Shown piece after piece: positions 39,284-48,496 of a stretch of 64,000 nt of DNA (positions are counted from its first letter, which is position 1; every line of letters starts with the position of its first letter). The position numbers and the translations under genes were made by a program. The DNA lies in contig OY843751.1 in the NCBI GenBank assembly GCA_963693055.1, positions 3,168,001 to 3,232,000 on the forward strand, in the 5' to 3' direction. Under the pieces are notes generated by a model. It was given only the letters and a program-made list of their open reading frames with translations, had not been told where the DNA came from and did no database searches. This stretch comes from a bacterium. Lineage in GTDB: Bacteria > Zhuqueibacterota > Zhuqueibacteria > Residuimicrobiales > Krinioviventaceae.

Positions 39284-40063
39284 TTAGTTTTGCATCAATC
39301 GCATTAATTGAAAAAAATCAGTTTGAAATTTATGAAAAACACTGGCAAAAAAGTAAGCAAACAATGGTAATGAAATTGCCATTGCGGCCAGCCCCATAGC
39401 AATTTTTAAGGGCATACCTACAAAGAACACATTCATTTGAGGTACCGCACGGGCAACCAGACCCAAGGCTACACTTGTTAATAATAAAGATACAATAATA
39501 GGTGCACCAATTTTAATAGCTGCAACAAATATATCTGCAGCTACTGACATGTGAAGATCAACAATACCTACTCTAAAAGTTGCTGTTGAAGGAGGAATTA
39601 CCTGAAAACTTTTATACAGCCCTTCAACCAGAAAATGATGTCCGTCAATTGCTAAAAAAACCATCATAGCCAGATACAGATAAAATTGACCAACTATGGG
39701 AATTTGTCTGCTGGTTTGGGGATCATAAACATTTACAATACCAAATCCCATTTGCATAGACACCAATTGTCCCGCCAGTTCAACACATGCAAAAATCATA
39801 GACGCTAAAAATCCCAATACCAGTCCTACCAGTACCTCTTTAACAAGTACAAAAATGATTTGTGCAACAATTTCGGGAACAACCATTTGTGAAGAAATAA
39901 CCAATGGCGACATAATTAATGACAATACCAGGCTGATACCTATTTTAGCCTGAGTTGGAATATACAAGGAATTGAATACAGGAAATACGATCATTGCTGA
40001 AGATATTCTCAGCAATATCATCAAAAAGACAACGATTTCATTTTGTGTAATTCCTAATAACAT
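39284..40063 (-). CDS. fliR: Export protein FliR
   Basis: AGQLVSMQMG, DGHH, RAVPQMNVFFVGMPLK. Confidence 0.97.
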   Translation of the reverse strand: MLLGITQNEIVVFLMILLRISSAMIVFPVFNSLYIPTQAKIGISLVLSLIMSPLVISSQMVVPEIVAQIIFVLVKEVLVGLVLGFLASMIFACVELAGQLVSMQMGFGIVNVYDPQTSRQIPIVGQFYLYLAMMVFLAIDGHHFLVEGLYKSFQVIPPSTATFRVGIVDLHMSVAADIFVAAIKIGAPIIVSLLLTSVALGLVARAVPQMNVFFVGMPLKIAMGLAAMAISLPLFAYFFASVFHKFQTDFFQLMRLMQN

Positions 40064-40071
40064 TGATATTC

Positions 40072-40341
40072 CTATTTACTTATCATGGGTATTGTTTTAA
40101 ATAAATTGCTGGTAAAACCTACAAACTTGCCAATCATCCAGGGCAACAAGATCATCATGGTAAATACAATTGCCAAGATCTTGGGGATGAATGTAAGGGT
40201 CATTTCATGAATTTGAGTTACAGCTTGTAAAATTGAAACAGCAAGTCCTACCAGCAACCCTGCGAGCAACATGGGGGCCGCTATTATCAAAGTTGTCATA
40301 ATGGCCTGATTGGCCAATTCCAATACCATTTCCTGGGTCAT
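40072..40341 (-). CDS. fliQ: Export protein FliQ
   Basis: SILQAVTQIHEMTLTFIPKI. Confidence 0.98.
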   Translation of the reverse strand: MTQEMVLELANQAIMTTLIIAAPMLLAGLLVGLAVSILQAVTQIHEMTLTFIPKILAIVFTMMILLPWMIGKFVGFTSNLFKTIPMISK

Positions 40342-40353
40342 TGTATATTCCTA

Positions 40354-41106
40354 TTATTTAAATCCCGTAATGATTGATTCTACTATTAAATACCATCCAT
40401 CCACAAGTACAAAAAGCAATAACTTGAATGGTAAAGAGATGGATATAGGTGGTAACATCATCATACCCATTGACATTAGCACACTAGCTACAATCATATC
40501 CAGCATAAGAAAAGGTATGAATAACAGAAAACCAATCTGAAAAGCAATTCTAAATTCACTGATAATAAATGAGGGTATCAAAACTTGTGTGGGTACATCC
40601 TCAAAATCTTCAGGTTTTGATAAATTTGCCATTTTCATAAACAAACCTAAATCTTTTTCACGGGTTTGTTTAAACATGAACAACCGCAAGGGTTCCATAG
40701 CTTTTTGATAGGCTTCACCTTGACTTATTTGCTGATCAAGATAAGGCTGCAAAGCATTTGTGTTAATATCCTGCCAAACGGGTGCCATAATAAAAATGGT
40801 CAAAAACACTGCAAGACCAATCATCACCTGCGTTGGCGGAGCTTGTTGAGTACCCAATGCCTGTCTTAAAAAGGAAAAGACAATCATAACACGGGTGAAT
40901 GATGTAACCATGATCAATAATGCAGGAGCAAGTGAAAGCACAGTCAACAACAGAATAATCTGCAATGTTACAGCAACATCACCCGGATTTTGTGTCTGAT
41001 CTAATCCAATAGTAACCTTGGGAAGAGGTTGTGCATTGGCAAGTACCGGCAAGAAAAACAAAGTAATCAATACCAGTACAAAAATATGTTTATTCGTAAT
41101 TCGCAT
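40354..41106 (-). CDS. fliP: Export protein FliP
   Basis: TSFTR, ALGTQQAPP, GMMMLPP..ISLPFKLLLFVLVDGW. Confidence 0.99.
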   Translation of the reverse strand: MRITNKHIFVLVLITLFFLPVLANAQPLPKVTIGLDQTQNPGDVAVTLQIILLLTVLSLAPALLIMVTSFTRVMIVFSFLRQALGTQQAPPTQVMIGLAVFLTIFIMAPVWQDINTNALQPYLDQQISQGEAYQKAMEPLRLFMFKQTREKDLGLFMKMANLSKPEDFEDVPTQVLIPSFIISEFRIAFQIGFLLFIPFLMLDMIVASVLMSMGMMMLPPISISLPFKLLLFVLVDGWYLIVESIITGFK

Positions 41107-41107
41107 T

Positions 41108-41605
41108 TTAATGTTTTACCGATCCGCCAAGTTTCGACATTTGTTCTGAAAGGGATTTAGAAAATGGTTTGGCCTTTTCTTTTTTTTCTGCCAGTTCTTT
41201 TTTTTCATCTTCATCCAGTTCAAGCAAAAGGTTAATACCTGTTTCTGAAGCACCAATTAGTATTACACGGTTCATTACCTGTACAAGATGAATTTGACGT
41301 TTGGGGCCAACGGAAAGAGAATCTTGAATTGACATATTGTGGTATTTGTAATATCCGGATTGGGTTTTAGACTGTAGCCATTTTAAACCATAAACAAACA
41401 ACACAAGCAATACAATAACAACTGCTAATGATAAAATGGTTTTAAACAGTAATGCTGCAAAATTGAAATTCCCGGTAACCGGGGCAGATAGGACTTTAGT
41501 ACTGTCAGCTTTAACTTGCGCCAAACTAACAGAATTCACCAAAACCAGTAATATAGAAATAAAACTGGTCAAAAAGTATTTGACTCGTATTTTCATGTTT
41601 CCCAA
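41108..41605 (-). CDS. fliO: FliO/FliZ family protein (start possibly ATG 41596)
   Basis: Signal peptide, TM, LSVGPKRQIHLVQV...ILIG.SE.GINLL. Confidence 0.88.
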   Translation of the reverse strand: MGNMKIRVKYFLTSFISILLVLVNSVSLAQVKADSTKVLSAPVTGNFNFAALLFKTILSLAVVIVLLVLFVYGLKWLQSKTQSGYYKYHNMSIQDSLSVGPKRQIHLVQVMNRVILIGASETGINLLLELDEDEKKELAEKKEKAKPFSKSLSEQMSKLGGSVKH

Positions 41606-41624
41606 AAAGTTGTATTAATAAAAA

Positions 41625-42503
41625 TCAAACGCGCAAAGAAGCAAACCTGTCTCGTTTGGCAACCAGCGACGTAATTCGAACAGCAAAGTTTTGATCAATA
41701 ACCACAACTTCGCCTTCAGCAAATTTTTTGTTGTTCACATACACTTCAACCGGCTCACCTGCAAATTTGTTCAGCTCCACAATACTTCCAGGTCCTAATG
41801 CCAGCATATCTTTAAGTGTCATCGTTACACGACCCAACTCTACAGTTACCAGCAGTTCAAGGTCATGTATAAAATCAATAGATTGTTGTGCGTCAATATG
41901 TTCTTCCGCATCAGAAAAATCTTCAAACTCGTCGTTTTCAACTCCACCATGCTCACCGGCTTGATCCTGATCGAAATATTCAGCCACTATGTCGGCAGGA
42001 ATCATGCGGACCAGAGTAATGTTGCTTTTTTCTCCAACCTGCATTTTGTAAAACGTGAGAACGCTTTCACTGAAAATCAAATCAATTGAACCATCCCATG
42101 CTGATAAAGCTGGACTATCAAAGTCTACACCCTTTGAAAGGACTTCATCAAAACATTGTTTTTTGATCATAGATAATTGCTCAGATACATCCATAATCAT
42201 TTGCATGGAATCCGGAATATTGGGTGTATTATCCCCTTCATCAGACAAATATCCCGTTAAATCAGGTAAAAGCTTACCATTAGCAAAATATGTGAGTCCT
42301 TTATCTTTACCGGGAATATTAAAATCCAGCCGTAGCGAAGGAACGCCTACAGTGTTTTTTAACAACTCGGGATTAAATACTTTGGAATTTTCAACAACAA
42401 TGTTAACTTTTTCATTAAAAATCGTTTCAAGCAGGTTTGATGCCTGATTGATAAATGCATTGTCGAAATTTTCCAATGTTGTAAAAACAGCTTCCTGATT
42501 CAA
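41625..42503 (-). CDS. fliN: Switch protein FliN with degenerate FliY/CheC-like N-terminal domain
   Basis: C-terminal VTVELGR, GSIVELNK.AGEPV, AEGEVVVID..FAVRIT. Confidence 0.92.
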   Translation of the reverse strand: MNQEAVFTTLENFDNAFINQASNLLETIFNEKVNIVVENSKVFNPELLKNTVGVPSLRLDFNIPGKDKGLTYFANGKLLPDLTGYLSDEGDNTPNIPDSMQMIMDVSEQLSMIKKQCFDEVLSKGVDFDSPALSAWDGSIDLIFSESVLTFYKMQVGEKSNITLVRMIPADIVAEYFDQDQAGEHGGVENDEFEDFSDAEEHIDAQQSIDFIHDLELLVTVELGRVTMTLKDMLALGPGSIVELNKFAGEPVEVYVNNKKFAEGEVVVIDQNFAVRITSLVAKRDRFASLRV

Positions 42504-42542
42504 AACAGTCTCCTCAAAATTTGTTGCTAGTTCTATTTGATA

Positions 42543-43442
42543 TTACTGCTGGGTAATATCAGTAACCACATCAGTTATTTTAATAGACTTGTGCTTGCTG
42601 CGTACACCTGGCACACCTCTAAATCTGACAGAGCCATCAACTAAAATATCCAGTGGTTTTTTTACCCATTGATTCAATACCATCAAGTCACCTTCATCAA
42701 GTTCCATCAACTCTTTGAATTTCAATTTGGTTTTGCCAAGGTTAACAATTACCGGAAAATCAGTTCGCAGAATCGTTTCCCGCATCTGCTCACGCTGGTA
42801 AACGGCTGCTTCCTGACTTTTAATTGAAATAGACCACTCTTTGATAGCTTTGAAAAAGGGACCCATCATAGGAATAGGTAAACAAATACTGATCTGATGT
42901 CTGTCATTCTGCATGGTTACATCATATACAACCAATATTGTTGGCTCACTTCGTCCAACAACCTGCGCCATGTATGGATTGGTTTCAAAAGATTTAACTG
43001 TAGATTCAACTGCTATCATGTTATACCATGCACGATCTAACATTTGCAGCATTCGGTCCAGAACACGCGTAATAATATTTTTCTCAATGGCAGTGTTGGG
43101 TCTTTCAAGTACTTTGGGAATTCCCAAACCACCGAATAAACGGTCAATTATCAAAAAAATAAAAGTTGGTGGAAGTTCAAAAATACCAGGTTGATCAGAT
43201 TTGTTGGTTGTAAATATACAAAGACCATCTGGCTCTGTACGTGAACCAATAAAATCACCAAACATTACTTCATCAATTCTTGACAATTGCACATCTGTTA
43301 AAGTTCTTAACAAGGTCGTAAAATATGCACCCAGCAGCTTGGCATATGCTTCATAAACCAAAGATAATGCAGACCGCTGCTCCTTTGTTAAGCGTCTGGG
43401 ATGACGAAAATCATATAACGATACCTTGACATTTTTACGCAT
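42543..43442 (-). CDS. fliM: Switch protein FliM, lacking the N-terminal LSQxEIDALL peptide
   Basis: YDFRHP.RL.KEQ, IDRLFGG.G, ETNP, SPOA C-terminus. Confidence 0.93.
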   Translation of the reverse strand: MRKNVKVSLYDFRHPRRLTKEQRSALSLVYEAYAKLLGAYFTTLLRTLTDVQLSRIDEVMFGDFIGSRTEPDGLCIFTTNKSDQPGIFELPPTFIFLIIDRLFGGLGIPKVLERPNTAIEKNIITRVLDRMLQMLDRAWYNMIAVESTVKSFETNPYMAQVVGRSEPTILVVYDVTMQNDRHQISICLPIPMMGPFFKAIKEWSISIKSQEAAVYQREQMRETILRTDFPVIVNLGKTKLKFKELMELDEGDLMVLNQWVKKPLDILVDGSVRFRGVPGVRSKHKSIKITDVVTDITQQ

Positions 43443-43492
43443 AGTTTTTCAGATCCTATATTTATACAGTTGCATAGAAACACTTGAATCTT

Positions 43493-43508
43493 TACAAACT
43501 ATGTGCCA
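43493..43508 (-). promoter_or_regulatory. sigma54 promoter of the fliM operon
   Basis: TGGCACATAGTTTGTA, 50 nt upstream of fliM. Confidence 0.78.
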
Positions 43509-43590
43509 GTAAATCAACATAGAAAAAAATATCATAAATTCATAATTTACAACAAGAAAGATCTAGGCAGGTTGTTATAGAAAAGAAACA

Positions 43591-43626
43591 GGGTAAAAAT
43601 TTACCCAATTCTTGGGATTTCTTTCC
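43591..43626. promoter_or_regulatory. Candidate enhancer (UAS) for the fliM promoter
   Basis: Palindrome GGGTAAA-AA-TTTACCC about 84 bp upstream, and a weaker TGGGATTTCTTTCC 21 bp further. Confidence 0.6.
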
Positions 43627-43666
43627 TATAATAATTTAATTTGTTATCCCCCTAATAAACAATTAA

Positions 43667-44269
43667 TTATTGGAACAGATATTTCGTAAAATAAACACGC
43701 AAAACCTTGACATCACCCATAACAGATTCAATTAACAATTTTATTTCTTCACGCAAATAAGGGCGGTTATCAATATCTGATAGCCAAAGCACTGTTTTAC
43801 GAGAAATAAGAGTATTAACCGCATCATTAATTGCTGGCAATTTTGCATCCCATTTACTTTGCACATCTTTACCATTAATTACAAGGTTCATAGACATAAC
43901 AATATATCGTGTACCCCGCGTTTGAGCAGGATTGATAATCAAATCATCAAGTGTTAAAGTGATTGCGCCTTTTAATTCTTTTTCCGGTATTTCTTCTTCC
44001 AGATAATCAGATAATTCATTATAAAACTCGGCTTCTTTAATAGAATCCGCTTCCGCAAGAGCAGCATCCTCTCCATTTTCAATTGCTTCTCCAGAATCCT
44101 CACCCTCTTCTCCATCCTGTACATTTGAAACAACCAAGCCACCATTGTCTGGAACGGGTTGAGCAGGTTTATTGGGAGGTAATATATAAGTAACCAGACC
44201 ATAAGCCAGTCCTATCTGCAATATTATAATTGCAGCAAAAATACCAATTTTGGGCAGATGTTCTTTCAT
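43667..44269 (-). CDS. fliL: Basal body protein FliL
   Basis: N-terminal TM, acidic linker, IINPA...RYI, PAINDA, V..VYFTKYLFQ. Confidence 0.9.
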   Translation of the reverse strand: MKEHLPKIGIFAAIIILQIGLAYGLVTYILPPNKPAQPVPDNGGLVVSNVQDGEEGEDSGEAIENGEDAALAEADSIKEAEFYNELSDYLEEEIPEKELKGAITLTLDDLIINPAQTRGTRYIVMSMNLVINGKDVQSKWDAKLPAINDAVNTLISRKTVLWLSDIDNRPYLREEIKLLIESVMGDVKVLRVYFTKYLFQ

Positions 44270-44294
44270 TTAAAAAACTCCAATATTACAAAAA

Positions 44295-45065
44295 CTATTT
44301 TAAATAGTTTCTAGATTCTATCAATTCTTGTCCACTTAGATACATATAATTCAAATATATTTCTACTCGACGATTTTTTGCCCGATGTTCCGGAGAATCA
44401 TTCGGGGCCACCGGTTTATACTCACTTCTACCAATTGCAATAATTGTTTTGGGATTAACTCCCATCTTGTCTACAAAAAAACGCAATACATTCAGTGCTC
44501 TTGCGGATGAAAGTTCCCAATTTGATCCATATTGCGTAGTGTTAATAGGTACATTGTCCGAATGACCTTCAACAACAACATGATAATCATACAAAACTAT
44601 CATTTTTCCTATTCTTGCCAATAAATCAAGCGCACGCCCTTTTAACTCTGCTTGTCCAGGTTCAAATAGCATGGTATTACCCAAACGAATAATTAAACCA
44701 TCATCAACTTTTTCAACAGCTATTTGATCGCTATCAGCCTCTTCCATATAACTGTTTTCGACTTGCTCGAGAAACTCGTCAATAGCATCGTGAGCTGATA
44801 TAGTTTCTTTCATATCCGGACGCGGGATCTGTTTGGGCATAATGCTTGAACCGGGTGCGTCTGTCAATGCACCTGTTGATCCTTGCAATGCTCCCATAGC
44901 CTGACGAAATTTTATAAGTTCAGTATTTGAAAATGACACAATCAGGATAAAAAAGGTTAACAAAAGTGTCATCAAATCTGCAAAACTTGCCATCCAACCA
45001 GGTGCACCTTCTTCAGCTGCTTTTTGCTTTTTAGGCGGTGGACATTTTGGGGCTTCGTCACTCAT
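44295..45065 (-). CDS. motB: Stator B subunit (PomB/MotS-like)
   Basis: WMASFADLMTLLLTFFILIVSFS; OmpA-like EGHSDN, SNWELSSARA, NRRVEI. Confidence 0.96.
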   Translation of the reverse strand: MSDEAPKCPPPKKQKAAEEGAPGWMASFADLMTLLLTFFILIVSFSNTELIKFRQAMGALQGSTGALTDAPGSSIMPKQIPRPDMKETISAHDAIDEFLEQVENSYMEEADSDQIAVEKVDDGLIIRLGNTMLFEPGQAELKGRALDLLARIGKMIVLYDYHVVVEGHSDNVPINTTQYGSNWELSSARALNVLRFFVDKMGVNPKTIIAIGRSEYKPVAPNDSPEHRAKNRRVEIYLNYMYLSGQELIESRNYLK

Positions 45066-45846
45066 CTAATTGGTTCTCATCTACACCTGCGGCCTGCTCT
45101 CTCTGACTCGGTGAGAGAATAGACAACAATTTATCGTTCAGTAATCTCGGGTTATCGCCAGCCTGAATAGAATAAATTGCATTCACAATTAATTGTTTAA
45201 CAGCAATTTCTTGTTCAGACCTGGCTTCTAATTTTGATGCCATGGGTAAAAATATCAAGTTTGCAAATATACTTCCGTAAAAGGTAGTTACCAGTGCCGT
45301 TGCCATACCTACACCAATCTGTGAAGGATCACTCAAAGAAGAAAGCATCTGAATCAAACCAATCAGCGTTCCAACCATACCAAAAGCAGGACATAAACCG
45401 CCCATCGTCTTGAACATTTTTTGTCCTATTTCATGACGATCTTCAATATGGTTCATTTCCATTACAAGTATATCATTAATAACTTCTTTTTTGATACCGT
45501 CAACCATTAATTGAATACCTTTTCGGGTAAAATTGTCATTGGTTGCGTATATATCTTCTTCCAAAGCAAGTAAACCATCTTTTCTGGCTTTACGTGAAAG
45601 AACATACCAAAACTCGACAGTTTCCTGAATTGAATCTAATTTTTCAGTAAAAGCATTTCTTGATACTTTTATGACTTTGACAACATCACTCACCGGATGG
45701 CTTACAAAAGTTGCCGCCACTGTTCCACCCATCACAATAATAAATGAAGGTAAATTAAAGAAAAATTGCCATCCCTGACCCAAAAAGATCATTGCAAAGA
45801 TCAAAACAAAACCGGATGACATTCCAATGACTGTACCTTTGTCCAT
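45058..45846 (-). CDS. motA: Stator A subunit (PomA/MotP-like)
   Basis: ARKDGLLALE, PAFGMVGTLIGL, ALVTTFYG, G.NPR. Confidence 0.96.
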   Translation of the reverse strand: MDKGTVIGMSSGFVLIFAMIFLGQGWQFFFNLPSFIIVMGGTVAATFVSHPVSDVVKVIKVSRNAFTEKLDSIQETVEFWYVLSRKARKDGLLALEEDIYATNDNFTRKGIQLMVDGIKKEVINDILVMEMNHIEDRHEIGQKMFKTMGGLCPAFGMVGTLIGLIQMLSSLSDPSQIGVGMATALVTTFYGSIFANLIFLPMASKLEARSEQEIAVKQLIVNAIYSIQAGDNPRLLNDKLLSILSPSQREQAAGVDENQLDE

Positions 45847-45904
45847 AACTAACCATTACTTTTTTTAATATTCAGTGCTATATACAAATTTTTATACATT
45901 ATTA

Positions 45905-45931
45905 TTATCGGTTAAATCTGTACAAACTTGA
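45905..45931 (-). promoter_or_regulatory. sigma28 promoter of motAB-fliL
   Basis: TCAAGTTT-N11-ACCGATAA, 58 nt upstream of motA. Confidence 0.85.
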
Positions 45932-45934
45932 ATT

Positions 45935-45969
45935 AAAAGAAAATTGGGGTGAGTTTGTCTACTCACCCC
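45935..45969 (-). terminator. Intrinsic terminator after flgE
   Basis: GGGGUGAGU-AGACAA-ACUCACCCC followed by AAUUUUCUUUU. Confidence 0.8.
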
Positions 45970-45978
45970 CTATTTATA

Positions 45979-48009
45979 TTACCTTGTTTTTAACTGAACA
46001 ATTTCATTCAACAGGGTATCACTTGTTGTAATGATACGTGAATTTGCCTGAAAACCTCTTTGTGAGATAATCATATTTGCAAATTCTTCAGCAAGGTCAA
46101 CATTAGACATTTCAAGATTTTCAGGTGCAATTTCAGCTTGAATAGTTGAACCTGCCCAACCGCGGACAGGCATACCACTATTTGCGCCAACCTGAAAAAC
46201 ATTTTCACCAACCTGGTCAAAACCCTGAGGATTATTAACAGTTGCTACTGCAACCTGGGCAATTGTCTGACTTACACCATTGGTGAAATGACCGGTAATT
46301 GTACCAGTTTCATCAAATGAAAAGTCATAAAGTTCACCCATGCCGTAACCATCTTGCATACTGGGTACTGCAGAAGTTGTACTATTAAATTGTGTTAAAC
46401 CATTAAAATAACCCGCTTCACCAGGATCAAGAACAACTTCCATTGTGGCAGAACCATCACCCGGTTCAAAAGTCAATGGATTACCATCTTCAATCTCAAT
46501 TGCAGATAAACTACCATCAGGATTAAACTTGCAATAGCCTCTGTTACCGGCTGTTGGTTCAATTGTACCATCATCAATCGTACATTCCCATTTCCACAAA
46601 TCAGGATCAGTTAATGTTGAAATATTGGTAAATTCAATTTCCAATGTATGTGGTGTACCTTTAGAGTCATAAATCAAAATACTTGTAGTATGTACACCGG
46701 CATCCTGACCTTCAATTTGAGTATTGAATGTAGGAGTTGAAACAGAGTTGAAATTCTGGTCGGTCATACTGATAGCACATGTACGTTCAGAAACACCAGC
46801 TTCAGAATCTGATACTGTTACATTACCAGCAGAATCTATAGTAACTTCGGCTCCTGGAAAAACGGAATCAATAGCAGCTAACAAATCACCAACTGTACTG
46901 GGGTTACCCATACCGTCAGCATCTGCCTGGTAAACAAATACACCGGATTTACCATAACCTTCTTTATCAGCTCCGTTGATGTTGATTTCGTCACCATCTA
47001 CAAGTACGCCATCAAAAAATGGAACATCATTCAACGATGTTGATGAAGTTGTTCCATATTCAGTACCTGTGATACCCAAAGTTGAACCTGTATCTGAAAA
47101 AGTACCACCAATAGTTATAAAAGTATCGGCACCGCCTGTGTCAGTAGTACGGATTCTGAGATAATCCATATTATTTTCTGTTATAGATTCAGCAACAATT
47201 TCACTGGTCAACTGGCGGGTTGAATCTATCTGTTTATTGATTTCCGCTACCAACTCTTTCAATGTACCATAGGTACCATTTGTTAGTGTCAATGTGGCTG
47301 TTAAACTTTCATCAGCATCATCATCAATAGAAATCTCTATCTGATTATTGGTATCATCAATCAAAATACCATTGGGATCAGCAGCCAAAACATCTGACCA
47401 GGAATTCATACTGGTAACTGCTGCATTTTTAGAATAATCAGCAGCGAGTACTTTGGAAACTTTACTGGTATCAGAATTTAAATTACCTGTCAATTGAACT
47501 TGTGAAGTGGCCTGTGCAGGCGCTTTTTGGCCAAAAGGTAAAGCGATACTCGAAATATCTGTAGAATTGGTAAGATCGCCAGTAGCATCGGCTGTACGTC
47601 CCTGTACACGAAGACCGGTATTTCCATATACCAAATAACCGCTACTGTCTATGGTAAAATTACCTGCACGGGTAAAGTATTCCTGTTCGCCATCGCTGAG
47701 CAAAAAGAATGCATCGCCATCAATAGCGAGATCCAGGCTGCTGCCTGTACTTTGAAAATCTCCCTGGGTAAAGAGTTTATCAATACTACCGATTGACATA
47801 CCAATACCAACATATTGGGGATTCACACCACCTGTAGCTGTAGAAGGTTGAGAACCAATGGTAAGAGCTTGAGAAAGGTTTTCTTGAAAATTTACACGAG
47901 CTGCCTTGTATGCAGTTGTGTTAACATTTGCAATATTATTACCAATTACGTCTAACTGGACTTGATGATTACGAAGTCCAGAGACCCCTGCGTATAATGA
48001 ACGTAACAT
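45979..48009 (-). CDS. flgE: Hook protein FlgE (large, with central insertion)
   Basis: MLRSLYAGVSGL, IGNNIANVNT, TRAGNF, LEMSNVDLAEEF.NMI..QRGFQANSR. Confidence 0.97.
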   Translation of the reverse strand: MLRSLYAGVSGLRNHQVQLDVIGNNIANVNTTAYKAARVNFQENLSQALTIGSQPSTATGGVNPQYVGIGMSIGSIDKLFTQGDFQSTGSSLDLAIDGDAFFLLSDGEQEYFTRAGNFTIDSSGYLVYGNTGLRVQGRTADATGDLTNSTDISSIALPFGQKAPAQATSQVQLTGNLNSDTSKVSKVLAADYSKNAAVTSMNSWSDVLAADPNGILIDDTNNQIEISIDDDADESLTATLTLTNGTYGTLKELVAEINKQIDSTRQLTSEIVAESITENNMDYLRIRTTDTGGADTFITIGGTFSDTGSTLGITGTEYGTTSSTSLNDVPFFDGVLVDGDEININGADKEGYGKSGVFVYQADADGMGNPSTVGDLLAAIDSVFPGAEVTIDSAGNVTVSDSEAGVSERTCAISMTDQNFNSVSTPTFNTQIEGQDAGVHTTSILIYDSKGTPHTLEIEFTNISTLTDPDLWKWECTIDDGTIEPTAGNRGYCKFNPDGSLSAIEIEDGNPLTFEPGDGSATMEVVLDPGEAGYFNGLTQFNSTTSAVPSMQDGYGMGELYDFSFDETGTITGHFTNGVSQTIAQVAVATVNNPQGFDQVGENVFQVGANSGMPVRGWAGSTIQAEIAPENLEMSNVDLAEEFANMIISQRGFQANSRIITTSDTLLNEIVQLKTR

Positions 48010-48017
48010 TGTTATAT

Positions 48018-48100
48018 CTCCTTAAATAGAGTTCTAAAACCGCGTCTGTCATTCGGCGGTTTAGAGCCTCCCACTTGGGGTCCGGCCCTTTGAATTCAAA
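48018..48100 (-). ncRNA. Putative cis-regulatory structured RNA (flgE leader)
   Basis: GC-rich island: hairpin GGGCC-GGAC-CCC-AAGU-GGG-A-GGCUC (48064-48088), hairpin UAAACCGC-CGAAUGACAGAC-GCGGUUUUA (48035-48063), then SD AAGGAG. Confidence 0.6.
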
Positions 48101-48496
48101 TTAATTAATTACTAGTGCACTATCGATATTAGTGAACACATTTTCACGTAAACCTTCACTGTCCATGGCAGTGATCACAGTTCGATTCGCAGCACTGACA
48201 ACAAAAGCATTATTATCCATAAGAATCAGAGATTCATTTCCGCCTTTTTCAAGAATTTTGTCAATGCCGTTTTGCAATCGTATTCGGTCTTCATCAGATA
48301 ATTGAATATTTCTTTCCTGAATACGATTTTGCGCGTGTACGGAAAACTTTAGATCATCAGTTTGTTGACTGGTTTGCTGATCTAGAATTTCCTGAAAACT
48401 GGTTCCGATTTGTGCCTGAGCATTAATACTTTTCTTGATTCGCTCAGCACCTGATGGCCCTCGGATGCCAGAAATATTGTTTATGTTCTCAGGCAA
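48101..48496 (-). CDS. Flagellar operon protein of TIGR02530/Flagellar_put type
   Basis: SFQEIL, LKFSVHAQNRIQERNI, KGG.ESLILM, VVS..NRTVITAMD, NVFTNIDSA; between flgD and flgE. Start moved to TTG 48496 because the GTG at 48505 is part of the SD AGGAGGTG. Confidence 0.88.
   Translation of the reverse strand: MPENINNISGIRGPSGAERIKKSINAQAQIGTSFQEILDQQTSQQTDDLKFSVHAQNRIQERNIQLSDEDRIRLQNGIDKILEKGGNESLILMDNNAFVVSAANRTVITAMDSEGLRENVFTNIDSALVIN

Noticed and set aside
48018-48100. flgE leader as a simple terminator or a known c-di-GMP riboswitch
   Set aside because: No U tract after either hairpin, and I could not match GEMM-I/II consensus features by eye; an Rfam search is still needed.
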